Notes under the pieces: generated by a model
Database searches by the model: none
Told to the model about the DNA's origin: nothing
What the model saw: only the letters and a program-made list of their open reading frames with translations
Translations under genes and position numbers: made by a program
Shown: piece by piece, positions 22,890-33,747 of the stretch
Layout of the letters: each line of letters starts with the position of its first letter
How positions within the stretch are numbered: position 1 is the first letter of the stretch
NCBI GenBank assembly: GCA_020184695.1
Contig: JAANOX010000122.1
Coordinates: forward strand, 1-57,031
DNA from: Histomonas meleagridis 2922-C6/04-290x
Lineage: Eukaryota > Protista > Parabasalia
Length of the DNA: 57,031 nucleotides
Reading direction: 5' to 3'

Positions 22890-23976
22890 TAAATGATGCA
22901 TATCAATATATTGTTATACTTATAGAACTCCATCATTATTAATAACTGCTATTGACGGAACACCAATAATATTAGAAGGAGAAAAAATAATAGCAAAACC
23001 ATTAATTGAAGTACATGTTAAATTAGTAAAATAATGTGTATGATCAAGTGTAGATATCAGTGTTCCTTCAATCTCAGTCATTAAAAATGATGGTGTTTCA
23101 GAAACAGGTAATTATATAAATATGCATGATAAAAATGGGTATGATACTGATTATACTTGGAAAATACGAGCTTCTGATGATAATTTAGTGATAAAACCAA
23201 ATCAAGCAGCATATGATTTCAGTTTTATGGAAGAAAAAGGTGTATTCGATTGTAATAGATTAAATGTCACAGAGATAATTTGTTATCACATTTTTCAGAG
23301 TATAATAGAAGAATCAGGATATACACATTAATTATTATGAAGAATTTATACAAATGACCCTACTGATAATACAAAATATGGAAGATTATGTTTTGATTCA
23401 GTAACACAGAAAAAACAAAGTGATAATCCTTCTAGTGTTATAGATGTTTCATCATATTTTATTGCAAATACATTTAGTACAAATGAAGGTGAATGATATC
23501 TCGAACAAATAAATACGACTATTATTCATTATGCCCTAGTTACAGAAGATTTAACACAATTTCAAATTGGTTCATAAGTATTTTTAACAGGCAATGTTTA
23601 TGCTCTAACCAATGAAGGTAAATATTTCAAAAATACTTCATCAACTGATTGTATTCCATCAGTTAAAACTACAGGTACTTATGAAGAATATTTAGGTATT
23701 TGTGTAGCTAAGCATGAAACTGGATATAAAGCTTCAATAGGTGATGTTATTAGAAGAGAAATAGAAATTTTACAAGATACTATTGATTTTGCTACACATG
23801 GAGATTTTTATTTTAGAGTAAATAATACTGCAGATTATGAAATAGGTGATGTAGTATTATTTGATAATAATAAATTATCAGATGATTTAGTAATAACTAC
23901 TAAAATATTAAATTCAATAGTTGGTAAAGTAACAGGTGAAATTGATGAACATTTATTAAGTGTATTTAAAGAATAA
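22890..23976 (+). pseudogene. Putative fibre/minor structural protein, C-terminal about 360 codons, with six in-frame stops
   Basis: A single reading frame ends ...IDFATHGDFYFRV...YEIGDVVLFD...SIVGKVTGEIDEHLLSVFKE*. The fibre label is an inference from its context in the element. Confidence 0.4.
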
Positions 23977-24006
23977 AAATTATTTATTTCATTTTTATTT
24001 TTTACA

Positions 24007-24180
24007 ATGGAAGAACGTGAACCAAAAAAAAAACCTAACATTAATAAATCATCAATAGATGAAGTACGTCGATTAGCCTTACTTAATGATGAAGGACCTG
24101 CTAAAGAGCCTTCTTTTTACGAATTTTTAATGCAAAATTTAGAATTGATATTACGTATTCTGAAATTTAATTTATCATAA
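24007..24180 (+). CDS. 57-aa unknown ORF (MEEREPKKKPN...LELILRILKFNLS)
   Basis: Open ATG-to-TAA frame filling the gap between the fibre-like gene and the integrase; TCATT just upstream. Confidence 0.5.
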   Translation: MEEREPKKKPNINKSSIDEVRRLALLNDEGPAKEPSFYEFLMQNLELILRILKFNLS

Positions 24181-24198
24181 AATAATTTTTTAAAACTA

Positions 24199-25698
24199 AT
24201 GGATGGTGCAACAAAATCTGTTAGAAATGGGGTTCCAATATCGCCAACATATAAAATTCAATTTAAGTCTATGATAGAATATTATCAAATCATTATGAAT
24301 AGATTTATTATAAATTTTTTAAGAAAAACTCAAATTAATACAAAATTAGATTTTGATGAATTCAAAAAATTAATTAATGATATTATTAAAAAAATATAAT
24401 ATAGATTATATCGATGGACATATAGGTTTATATACATTAAATGAATATTATAACTATTATAAATCTATTATTTTAAAATATACACCTTTAAGAATATTAC
24501 TTCATAAAATATTTGCAAAAGAAGTAGAAAATGATTTTAAAAATGGGAAACCTAAAACTATACAAGAATTTATTAATTTCTTAATTACAAAATTAACTAA
24601 CTTAAATATACAACAAAATATTCCATTAGATTATGCTTATTCATTATATATTTCATATTATTTTTATCATTTTAGATATGTAACTCCAAATGAATTTTAC
24701 AATATTTATGAAGATGAACAAAATATTAATACAGGTTTTAAAACATTAAATAAAAATAAATATTTATTTAAAAAATTAAATATACCTTATAGTATTGATT
24801 ATACAAATTTAGGTAAAATAAAACGGAATATAAATTATTTTCCTTTCAAATTAAATAAAAAATATCAATTAAAATATATTGGAGGTAATGGAGAATATCA
24901 AATGGATTTATTTTTTTCACATAGTGATGAATTTAATTATGATTATTGTTATTTATTAGCTGTAGAAGTACAAACTAGATATTTATTTGGTACTTTTACT
25001 AATATTAAAATAAACGATAAACATTATAAAAAATCAATCGAAAGTGTAGCTAAAGCTTTATTTGAACTTTATGGTACAGGTTTATTTAATCCTAAAATTA
25101 TTCATTGTGATTCAGAAACAACATTTTTATCAAAACCTTTACAATATATTTCAAATTATTTAATTGGTACTAAAATAATTCTTTTTAAAAAAATAATAAT
25201 TAAAAAAATGAATCTTATCCTATACATTCATCTTTAGCTATAATTAATAGAATTTGTAGAACTATTAGAGATATGGCTGATAATATGGGTTTAGAGTGTA
25301 TTGAACCTCATGATATGAATAAAATAATACATAATTATAATTATACTTATCATAAAACATTATCTAAATCAAATCATAAAAAAATATCACCATATGAAGC
25401 TAAAATAAAACAAAAATCTTTTGGTTTACCTTTACATGAATTAAATTATAAAATTATTAAACAAAAAGGATTTTATTTACCTACTGGTACAACAGTAACA
25501 GTTTATAACACAGATCAATTAAAAAAGAGATCAAGAATATTACCAGATATTTATATAGTAGATAATTTCGATAAAAATAAATTTAATATACATAATAAAA
25601 TAGGTATAAAAATGTCAGTACCAAGATATTTATTAAATCCAGTTCCAAATGCAATTAATATACCTTCAAAAGAAGATAAAATATTCCCTTCAAGATGA
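24199..25698 (+). pseudogene. Retroviral-type (rve) integrase, about 500 aa, two homopolymer frameshifts
   Basis: YQMDLFF, LLAVEVQTRY, PKIIHCDSE, then (shifted frame) HSSLAIINRICRTIRDM, YNYTYHKTL...ISP. The frameshifts are in A-runs near 24390 and 25200. Confidence 0.8.
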
Positions 25699-25750
25699 GG
25701 AAATATTAGACCTACTGGCGAAATATCGTATTGGCATAGTAATTCTGATA

Positions 25751-26278
25751 TTAATAAATAAATTCTTTTTCTAATGATATATCGAATTCATCCATTAATG
25801 TGTTATATTCTTTATTATATTGTGAACTAAAATCATAACCATTAATCTTAATTGAGCTAACTTTTTTAATTGGATTTACATGTTTTAAAACAACCAGGTT
25901 CAGGATCTTCATAACTTAATCTAACTTGATTAAAATCAATTTCTAAAATTAAACTTATAGCTTGTACTAAATCATTAGCATTAATTATAATTTCATCACT
26001 ATTATCATTAAATTTGCTATTAATTTCATATTATTTGTTTTTAATATTGCACTAAATGTTAAAGCTATATGTTTATATAAAGCACTAGCATTACCAGTAT
26101 TAAGTTTAGTTTCTCTTGTAATTATTTTTGGTGTTTTTTCAATATTTTCAGGATTAGGATAATGTGGATGTACTTCATTATTGTTATTATTAATAATAAC
26201 TTTACAATTAACACTAGAACTTTTATGTTCAGTATTATTTTTCCATACATGAAGCGAGAAATCACTAATCTTAATCAC
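25751..26278 (-). pseudogene. Conserved unknown ORF Z (MIKISDF...), frameshifted
   Basis: Homolog of 36353..36874, convergent with the integrase in both copies. Confidence 0.65.
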
Positions 26279-26318
26279 AAATAAATAATGATGTAAAAAA
26301 TTTGTGTTTATTGATCTA

Positions 26319-27401
26319 CTAAGCAGCTAATGCATTAGGTTTACCAATCATTATCTTTACATAATTTTTGACTGCATCAAACATTATATTTTCATGATTA
26401 TATTCATTTAACAAATCAGTAACAACTTTTTTACATGCAGTCGAATAATAACTTTCACCTGTTTGTGGCATTTTATATTTTTTACCTGTAGAAATATTTG
26501 GAATATTATGTTGTTGTAATAAAACTTTTACTTTGAGAATAACCATTGTTTTAAATAATGCAGAAGATAGTTGTAGCATTGGACAATAAGCCTCAATTCT
26601 TGCAAGATATTCAGTATTTTCTATAAATTTATTTCTGAATTCATCATATGCATCTTTAACAAGTAAATATGTAAATACTGTATTTGCTGACCTTCTTCTT
26701 CGAGTACTATGTAATTTATTAATATTCATAACATCAGTATCTTTATAAAAGTTATCATTAGCCCTTTTCACTTTTTCCCTAAAGTCATTATATGCAGAAT
26801 TATATGTAACAATTGGATCATCAAATGGTTTTGGATAATTTACTTCTCTTACTTCACTATTTAACCATTCATTGAAAGATTTAATATTATTTCCATCTGC
26901 TCTATGTTGTCTTCTTTTTGTAGGATTACCATAATTCTTTTGTAACTAATCCATATATGCTACTTGATAAGGATCTTGTTTTTTGACTGTCCATCCTTTA
27001 ACAAATTTAGCTCTTTTATGTTGATCTCTTATAATAATATCTGGAATTACATCTTCATTAATATCTTCTTCTTTAACTGACCAATGATATCTTGCATCTT
27101 TATTCTTATTATGTTTGTTAACATATTCCAAAGCACCGTTATATGTTTGTGCATCTCTAACTTTTCTAACATCTTTTTTTAAATCAAGAATAAGATGCGC
27201 TAAAGCTTTCATATTCTCATCAAATAATGTTCTATCAGATCCAATAAAATGATAATGACTTAAATCATCATCAAAAATATATTGATCTTTTCCAAATGTA
27301 ATATATTTTCTTGGAGATTCTGGTTCAACACGTGATGGGTATAAACGTGAACCATCTGCATTTCGTCGTCTAGGTGTTTCATATCTCACAACCTGTTGCA
27401 T
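26319..27401 (-). pseudogene. Unknown ORF W, short variant, 360 codons with one in-frame TAG
   Basis: ORFs 26946..27401 and 26319..26771 are one frame joined through AYMD*LQKNYG; homologous to 36996..38305. Confidence 0.7.
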
Positions 27402-27430
27402 TAAAATAAATGATTTTGAAAAAAATTTTT

Positions 27431-28232
27431 TTATTCAATTTTTATTTTTTGATTATTAACGTCGACGATCATTTTTTGATGTCCCGACAGTTTTTGATAA
27501 ACGGAATAAATTTGATCTTCAGTATAAGGCAATGGTATTTGTTCAATCATATATCTTAATTGTTGTTTAGAGAAATTAGGAAATATAAATATAGTACTTA
27601 CATTAGCTTCAACTTCAGCAGGTAAAGATTTCCAAAATTGTACAGCGAAAAATACAGAACATTGAATATGAGCTAATTTAGTAAATAATTGATTAAAATA
27701 ATTAGTAGGTTTTTTGAATAAAGGACTATTAGCACAATCTTCAAAAAAATATTATAGTATGTAAAGTTAAATTATTAAAATTATTAATATATAATTTTTC
27801 AAATAATTCAGATATTTGATTATCTAATATTTTATTTTCCCAATGATTATTTTTAATTTCATTATAAAATTGTTTCCATTTTAATATATCTTTAACTATA
27901 TTTTCTGCTTGATTTTCAGCTACATATAATATTGGAATCTTTATTAAAGGTTTTAATGATTCAAATGTAGGATCATTTTCTAATCCATTTTTATTAATAT
28001 AAATTAATAAATGAGTTCTAGGACTAATATTACTAATTTTAATAATTTCTCTAATTATACATTGAGTTTTCCCACTTCTTTTTCTACCTACTGCTATATT
28101 TAAAGAATTATAAGGTACATTCACCACTGGATGAATTTCACTTATTAATTCTTCATTTAATTTAGGTTTATTTTTATATAAGCAATAATCAATCATATTA
28201 TCTATGACATCAATATTAATATCGTTTTCCAT
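27431..28232 (-). pseudogene. A32-type packaging ATPase, copy 2 (single A-run frameshift)
   Basis: GRKRSGKT; TIIFF is shifted by a 7-A versus 6-A run near 27745; the rest is intact. Confidence 0.85.
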
Positions 28233-28272
28233 AAAATAAAATAATTTTTATAAAATCAATTCATTATTATTA

Positions 28273-28671
28273 ATGGAAGCTCTTTATACATGCTTTGCAC
28301 AAGAATTTAAAGATTGTGATTTTAGTGCTATAAATATTAAACCTTCCTTTTCTATCGTTAAAAATAAAAATGTAATAACTTTAACTATAACTGTATATAA
28401 TAAATATCATAATTTATTAAGAAAACAAATTTATAAATTTATAGATGAAAAATATCATCCTACTATAAAGAATAATTTACAATATATGACATCTGAACGA
28501 TTAGGTCAAATATATCAGATATCTAAAATGGAATTATTAAATCAAATATTCAATAATGATTTCAATAAATATAATGCTTATTTAGGTAAATCAAATGTAT
28601 TACAACAATATGCTAATTTATTAACACAACAAACTCAAGAAGAAAACACTCAAAATGAAAATAATTATTAA
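28273..28671 (+). CDS. Conserved unknown ORF MEALY, 132 aa
   Basis: Intact ORF, three homologous copies, head-to-head with the ATPase at 40 bp. Confidence 0.75.
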   Translation: MEALYTCFAQEFKDCDFSAINIKPSFSIVKNKNVITLTITVYNKYHNLLRKQIYKFIDEKYHPTIKNNLQYMTSERLGQIYQISKMELLNQIFNNDFNKYNAYLGKSNVLQQYANLLTQQTQEENTQNENNY

Positions 28672-28963
28672 TAAAATAAAAATCGGAGTAAGTCATTTTT
28701 TACTTATTTAATGACCTCCTGGTGGATCTTATGGCCTTTTAGGACTTTTCCGTGAAAGTGGAGGTCTAGTCCTAGGCTCAACCACTATTAGGTTAGGGTG
28801 TTTCTTGGCATACACGATCTTATCGGGAGCTCTGGTTCTTGGTACACCTGGTTCGTCGTCCTCCCGAGGACGTGGTGCCATTATGGCTACTGGCTTTAAA
28901 ACGGGGTCATTTAGAAAGATTTCCTCAGTATCCGGATGAATGTTATCTAAGTACTGCTTTTTA

Positions 28964-29133
28964 TTTTGAATGTTTCTTGACTTTTTGAATATCCCTGTAG
29001 CGAATTTAGTTCCAACACCTTTTCATAAATTGACTATCTTCGTCAGGGTTAGTGTCTTTCATCAATTCTTTTTTCGACATTTTATAACAACTTTACCACA
29101 ACGAAAATGAACTGTAATAAGGTATTATTATGA
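28964..29133. repeat. 170-bp dispersed direct repeat (second copy 55371..55540)
   Basis: By-eye alignment gives 169/170 identity, with unrelated flanks. Confidence 0.9.
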
Positions 29134-29793
29134 CAAATGAAAGAGACAAAATGATTTAATGAGTTGCAGCTATAAAATGTGTGACATGTTGCTCCATCGT
29201 GTTGTCAGAGCCATTGACAATGTCCATAGTGCGCATCCATGCTTGGAATGGGTCCGGTTCCATCGATTAGCTCATCAATGTATACCTCTGAATTTATATT
29301 CCATTTGACACAGATCAATGGATTTCTATTTGTAGCTAATTCCTCCATACATCATGACTTTTGATGTAAATTTAAGTTTCCTGTGTTGTACGGCTTCTAA
29401 ATAGCTTTCGTTTTTTCTTCTCCAAAGCCACCGATGAGAATTGTCCAAGTAAAAGCTCGATTCATCTGTGAAAAGGACATTTTCCCAATTCGTGTTGGTT
29501 TGAAGATATTTTTGGCAATAAGCAATTCTGTTTTTACGCTGAGCATCAGAAACAGCAAAGGTTTCAACTGGTGGAAAATATCGAAAACGAAGTTTATGCC
29601 TAATACTTCAAATTTTACCATAGGAAATTGGGCCCAAATTAGGATTTTGGCGAAAAATATCAACAATTGTTTTTGTTGAAATTCTATGGTTGCTGTTTGT
29701 CAGACTTCGAACTTCATCAAAGTATTGATCTTCTTCTCTAATTAGTGGACGACCAATACGCTTTGATTGCTGAAAAACAGTTCCTTGGTTCAA
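29134..29793 (-). pseudogene. Tc1/IS630-type transposase fragment
   Basis: KRIGRP, NWENVLFTDESSF, KVMMYGGIS, QHDGATCH; truncated before the third catalytic residue. Confidence 0.75.
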
Positions 29794-29963
29794 TTCTGCC
29801 CTAATTTTTGATAATATTAAAAAATATTGAAAGAGAATAAAGATCTAATGTTTCGCAGAAAAATAATGCTATTAATCGATCATTCTGTTATGCAGAAAAT
29901 ACTATTCATTAAATTTAATTTTTATTTGTTATTTTAACAAAAATTATAAAACAAATTTTTGCA

Positions 29964-31649
29964 TTAATACATTCCTATTATATCCTTCATTTTATTTGCC
30001 TCTTCTACATTCCAAACCTTTAAATAATGTGCTTCTGTATTAAATACGTATTTTGCGGTTGGAATTAAATCAGAAGGACTAAAAATCAGATACAAATATT
30101 TCAAAGTTTCTGCCAAGAAATATGAGTCCATTATATCTTCATGCAAAGGCATATCATTATCTACGTTTTTTAAAGTAGCGAAACCATTTTCAACTTTACA
30201 ACTTTTGATAATACTATTAAATATATCCCAAGCATAATCTCTATATTTCTTTAAACCAGTGAATCTATATAAAACAAATAAAGATTCGATAGTTTCAGGT
30301 CTAAGTTTATAATAAGGATCACATGACCTTAATACATTTTCACCATTTATTCGAACACACTCTGGCATCAAACCAGACTTTTGTGATTTATATAATTTAT
30401 AATAAGTTGTAGCAAGTTCATCAGCAAGTTTTAAATCCTCGATTGCATTTGGATTCTTCTTAACAGATCCAATAGCAAACATTCCTGCTGCAAACGTTAC
30501 AAGATGAGTCATCATATTATCTTTATTACCTTTATTTGTTCGTGTTAACCACGTCCAATTTCCATTTTTTGTTAGAAGTTTTGTTTTAATGTCGTTAGTA
30601 GTTAAAAGATAATGATTAAGCATTTCACTTTGTGTACCATGAGTCATTAAATATATTTTAATAAGATATTCATAAAATGAATCAGACATACTATCAACAG
30701 AACGAATATCACTCATTGATGATCCATCTTTGGTGTTAATACGTTCAGGTAAAAGTCCTTCATTAGGATATTTTATAAACAAGTTTTTGTGAATCTTTGA
30801 TGCGATTTTGGCATACTTTGGATCACCAGAGAGTAGAGAAAGTGTATAAAATTCAAGTTGTATGGAGCCTAGATCAGAAAGAAGACATTCAATATTTCCA
30901 TGCGATTCTGCATGAAAAGTGCCTTTGTTATCTTGATGAAAAGAAACATAAGTACGAAAATAACCACTGTTGGTTTCAAAAACAGGAAGAAGTGAATCAG
31001 CAAGAAAAATCGCTTTTTCAAGAAATAATGAATCATGAGTTTGTTGATATGTAGTTAGAAAAGAACAAAGGTGTCGTATAATAATTTCAAATACTGAGTA
31101 TTTTTGAGTTCCAAGAGTAAAATTATCTAAAACCCAAGATCGGGAAAGATTAAATTCATCGTATAAACCCATGACTAGAAGCGTATCAAGTGAATCTGTG
31201 ATGGTAAGGCCACCACTAAAAACATTAAAACCTTTTTTACTGATGGGAGAAAGGAAATCTTTTCCCCAAGCATAACGTTTATAATTGTACCAAGCAAATA
31301 AAAATGCTTCTTTTATGGCCTGTTGCTTTTCTTTGTCAGCTTCAAGCTTAGGAAAGATAAAATCATATAGATTTGAGTAATGGATATCAGTTTCGACATG
31401 TCGATGAATTTCATTTGTTGAATTATTCATACTAGTAGTGGCATTTGGTTTGTTCGATTTATAGTTGGAAGATTGATAATTATAATTATTTGATTTGATT
31501 GTATAAAATGCTGAAAAGTTAAGCAGCCAAATTGTAATGAACGTGCTGTAAATCAAAAACTGATATGTGCTTTTATTAGTGCGGAAGTTAAACCTTTTTA
31601 AAATCAAAAAGTTTTGGCCGTTCAGATAGCAAATAAACGGTTTCCTCAC
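29964..31649 (-). CDS. Class I alpha-1,2-mannosidase (glycoside hydrolase family 47), type II membrane protein
   Basis: AFLFAWYNYKRYAWGKD, DSLDTL, SVFEIIIRHL, DSFYEYLIK, LRPETIES, FLAETLKYLYL, FNTEAH; hydrophobic N-terminal anchor; start codon uncertain. Confidence 0.9.
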   Translation of the reverse strand: MRKPFICYLNGQNFLILKRFNFRTNKSTYQFLIYSTFITIWLLNFSAFYTIKSNNYNYQSSNYKSNKPNATTSMNNSTNEIHRHVETDIHYSNLYDFIFPKLEADKEKQQAIKEAFLFAWYNYKRYAWGKDFLSPISKKGFNVFSGGLTITDSLDTLLVMGLYDEFNLSRSWVLDNFTLGTQKYSVFEIIIRHLCSFLTTYQQTHDSLFLEKAIFLADSLLPVFETNSGYFRTYVSFHQDNKGTFHAESHGNIECLLSDLGSIQLEFYTLSLLSGDPKYAKIASKIHKNLFIKYPNEGLLPERINTKDGSSMSDIRSVDSMSDSFYEYLIKIYLMTHGTQSEMLNHYLLTTNDIKTKLLTKNGNWTWLTRTNKGNKDNMMTHLVTFAAGMFAIGSVKKNPNAIEDLKLADELATTYYKLYKSQKSGLMPECVRINGENVLRSCDPYYKLRPETIESLFVLYRFTGLKKYRDYAWDIFNSIIKSCKVENGFATLKNVDNDMPLHEDIMDSYFLAETLKYLYLIFSPSDLIPTAKYVFNTEAHYLKVWNVEEANKMKDIIGMY

Positions 31650-31911
31650 ATAAAATTATTATAATAGGTATTGCAATGTAATTTATTTCGATGAGTACTA
31701 TATCATTAGGTTTATGATTATGAGATGATGGAGTAAATCTTGATGGTTTATGTGTTAAATCATTATAACTATGGCTAATTATCCAATAGATAATTATTTG
31801 GATTTATTTATATTTATAGTAGTAAAACAATTTATATTACAATTTATATTAAGTTTTATCTTAAAAAATCACATTCATCCATGTATTAATAGACCCTAAT
31901 TAATTAAAAAA

Positions 31912-31982
31912 TGCATCGCCCGGGAATCGGACCCGGACCCCCAGCTTGGCAAGCTGAAATTCTACCATTAGACCAGCGATGC
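31912..31982 (-). tRNA. trnG-GCC: tRNA-Gly(GCC)
   Basis: 71 nt: GCATCGC acceptor stem, TCAGC-TTGCCAA-GCTGG anticodon arm, CCGGG-TCCGATT-CCCGG T-arm, followed by a T-run Pol III terminator. Confidence 0.9.
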
Positions 31983-32084
31983 TGACAAATTCTTACAATT
32001 ATTATATTACCATTAATCCATTATCATTATATTTGAGGATTTTTTTATAATATTTTTCAGTGCCTAAATTTAGGTCAAAATGTG

Positions 32085-32800
32085 TTAATTATATCTATCA
32101 CTCCACACTTTCATTTAACTGTGCAAAATGTCATCCATCTTCCGGAAAATACTTAAACACTACAACTTTATGGTCACCTGGTCTGAATCCATCCCACTAT
32201 TTATTTAAATGTTCGAGAAAAACTTCATCTAGGTTTCCTCATCTTCTAGCCCGACGGGATATTCCTGTCCCAGAAGGGCCCCATGCCCAAATATTTATAT
32301 TACTTTATTATCCTTAATAACACTGCTCTTGTTTCATATGAGAAATATACCTGTTATCTATTTTATTTTGATAAAATGATTCCACTTGATATAAATTTTC
32401 ACATTTTGCAGGTTTTAACTTCATGATATCTTCTAACATTTTTTTAGTTTTTTCAATTTTATCTGAATAATTCCTGATTTTAATAATACATTCATCGTAT
32501 TTCCATGTTAATTTAGTTTGTCACATATTTAACACAAGATGCTTCATCTCCTATAGCAATATCTAACCAACTTTCTGAAAATGAACCTTTTACTGTATTC
32601 CTATACAATCTTTGACAAAATTTCACATAAATATGATAATAAAGAGTCCCAGTGTTTGAACCATATTCTTCAATAATAACAATATAATCTATATATTTGA
32701 ATAATAAATTTTTTTTGATATCATTGATGTAATTATCATTTGGATTGTTAACGATAATTATCCATCTCTTTGCCCTCGGTTTTAAGTTTTGATATTCCAT
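32085..32800 (-). pseudogene. Endogenous CRESS-DNA virus Rep (HUH endonuclease + SF3 helicase)
   Basis: Motif I RWIIIVNNP, motif II-like GTLYYHIYVKF, motif III AIG...VKYVT; downstream IWAWGPSGTGIS (Walker A, K>I), NK*WDGF, KVWSDRY. Confidence 0.8.
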
Positions 32801-32988
32801 ATCTAGTGAGTGAATTCATTTCTGTATCCGATTTTTTTCAATTGAAATTTTATTTGATGATTGAACAAGAAAAGTGACAATAGAACAGAAATAAACCTAT
32901 GTTAAAGCGTTTAGTTGTTTTAAATATCAACAAACTAATATATAACTCACACATATCAAAATTAAATTAAAAATTTGTTTATGGTTTT

Positions 32989-33190
32989 TTATTCAAACTC
33001 ATTTTCGGCCTGTTCATTTTGTTTTGTTTGAATATAAGGATTTATATGAAATGTAGGTCCACCATCTGGCCATTTATCCAAACCAAATAGCATTACATTA
33101 TTTAAAGACTTCACTCTAGATAAAGCCACATAAAGTGATCCATGGGCGAAAGCCTTTTCACCGATATCAATTGCACATTTTTCATTTTGA
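32989..33190 (-). pseudogene. PIF1-type (Helitron) helicase, C-terminal fragment
   Basis: IDIGEKAFAHGSLYVALSRVKSL matches PIF1 motif VI. Confidence 0.75.
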
Positions 33191-33428
33191 TCATCAAAAT
33201 GATTTTTGTGAGCCATACAATTCATCTGGAAATTTGAATGCGCATTCAATTTTGAAAGAACGCGAAACTTTTTGAGAGGAACGATAGCACTTTTTATACC
33301 ACTTTTCACATAAACCTATCAAAAACCTCGTATAATCAACACGAATTGTCCCCGGTTATGTTTGGTCGGACATTTATCCTATTCAATTTATCTTTGGTTG
33401 GAGGTTAGTAGTCAAAAAACGACGGTTA

Positions 33429-33745
33429 TTGTTTGGTCGCATGGCAAACTTATTTCAATACACCAATGGGAAGTATACACAATTTTTAAAATGTCACCTC
33501 ATCACTTCACTATCTATGAATACAGAGTTCTATACAGTTACAAAAATTGCTGATTTTATCGAAGAAAAAGACCCAGATGCTACAGCAGTAGCTTTATTTT
33601 TTGAACCAAAAGATGATAAATTAGGAGAAGTTGACAATGCTCAAAGCAATACGAAAAAGACAATTTATGTTACTAATGTTTTTTCTTCATTATGGTCAGT
33701 AGAACAAAGTGTTAAAGAATTAAATAAACAAATAAATAATGTTTA
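33429..33745 (+). pseudogene. Conserved unknown ORF X (3'-truncated)
   Basis: KCHLITSLSMNTEFYTVTKIADFIEEKDPDATAVALFF, homologous to 44160..44628 and about 53730..54340. Confidence 0.6.
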
Positions 33746-33747
33746 TT

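Larger units (their letters stand above)
22890..28671. mobile_element. Endogenous Polinton-like virus fragment, longest contiguous block: fibre-like > small ORF > integrase >< Z < W < ATPase <> MEALY
   Basis: Tightly packed genes; the integrase-Z-W-ATPase-MEALY order is repeated at 35983..39578 and partly at 989..2350. Confidence 0.8.

Noticed and set aside
32800-32990. CRESS origin stem-loop with a nonanucleotide, or an adjacent CRESS capsid gene
   Set aside because: No NANTATTAC-type motif in a stem was seen on either strand near the Rep; the neighbouring ORF is a PIF1 fragment.
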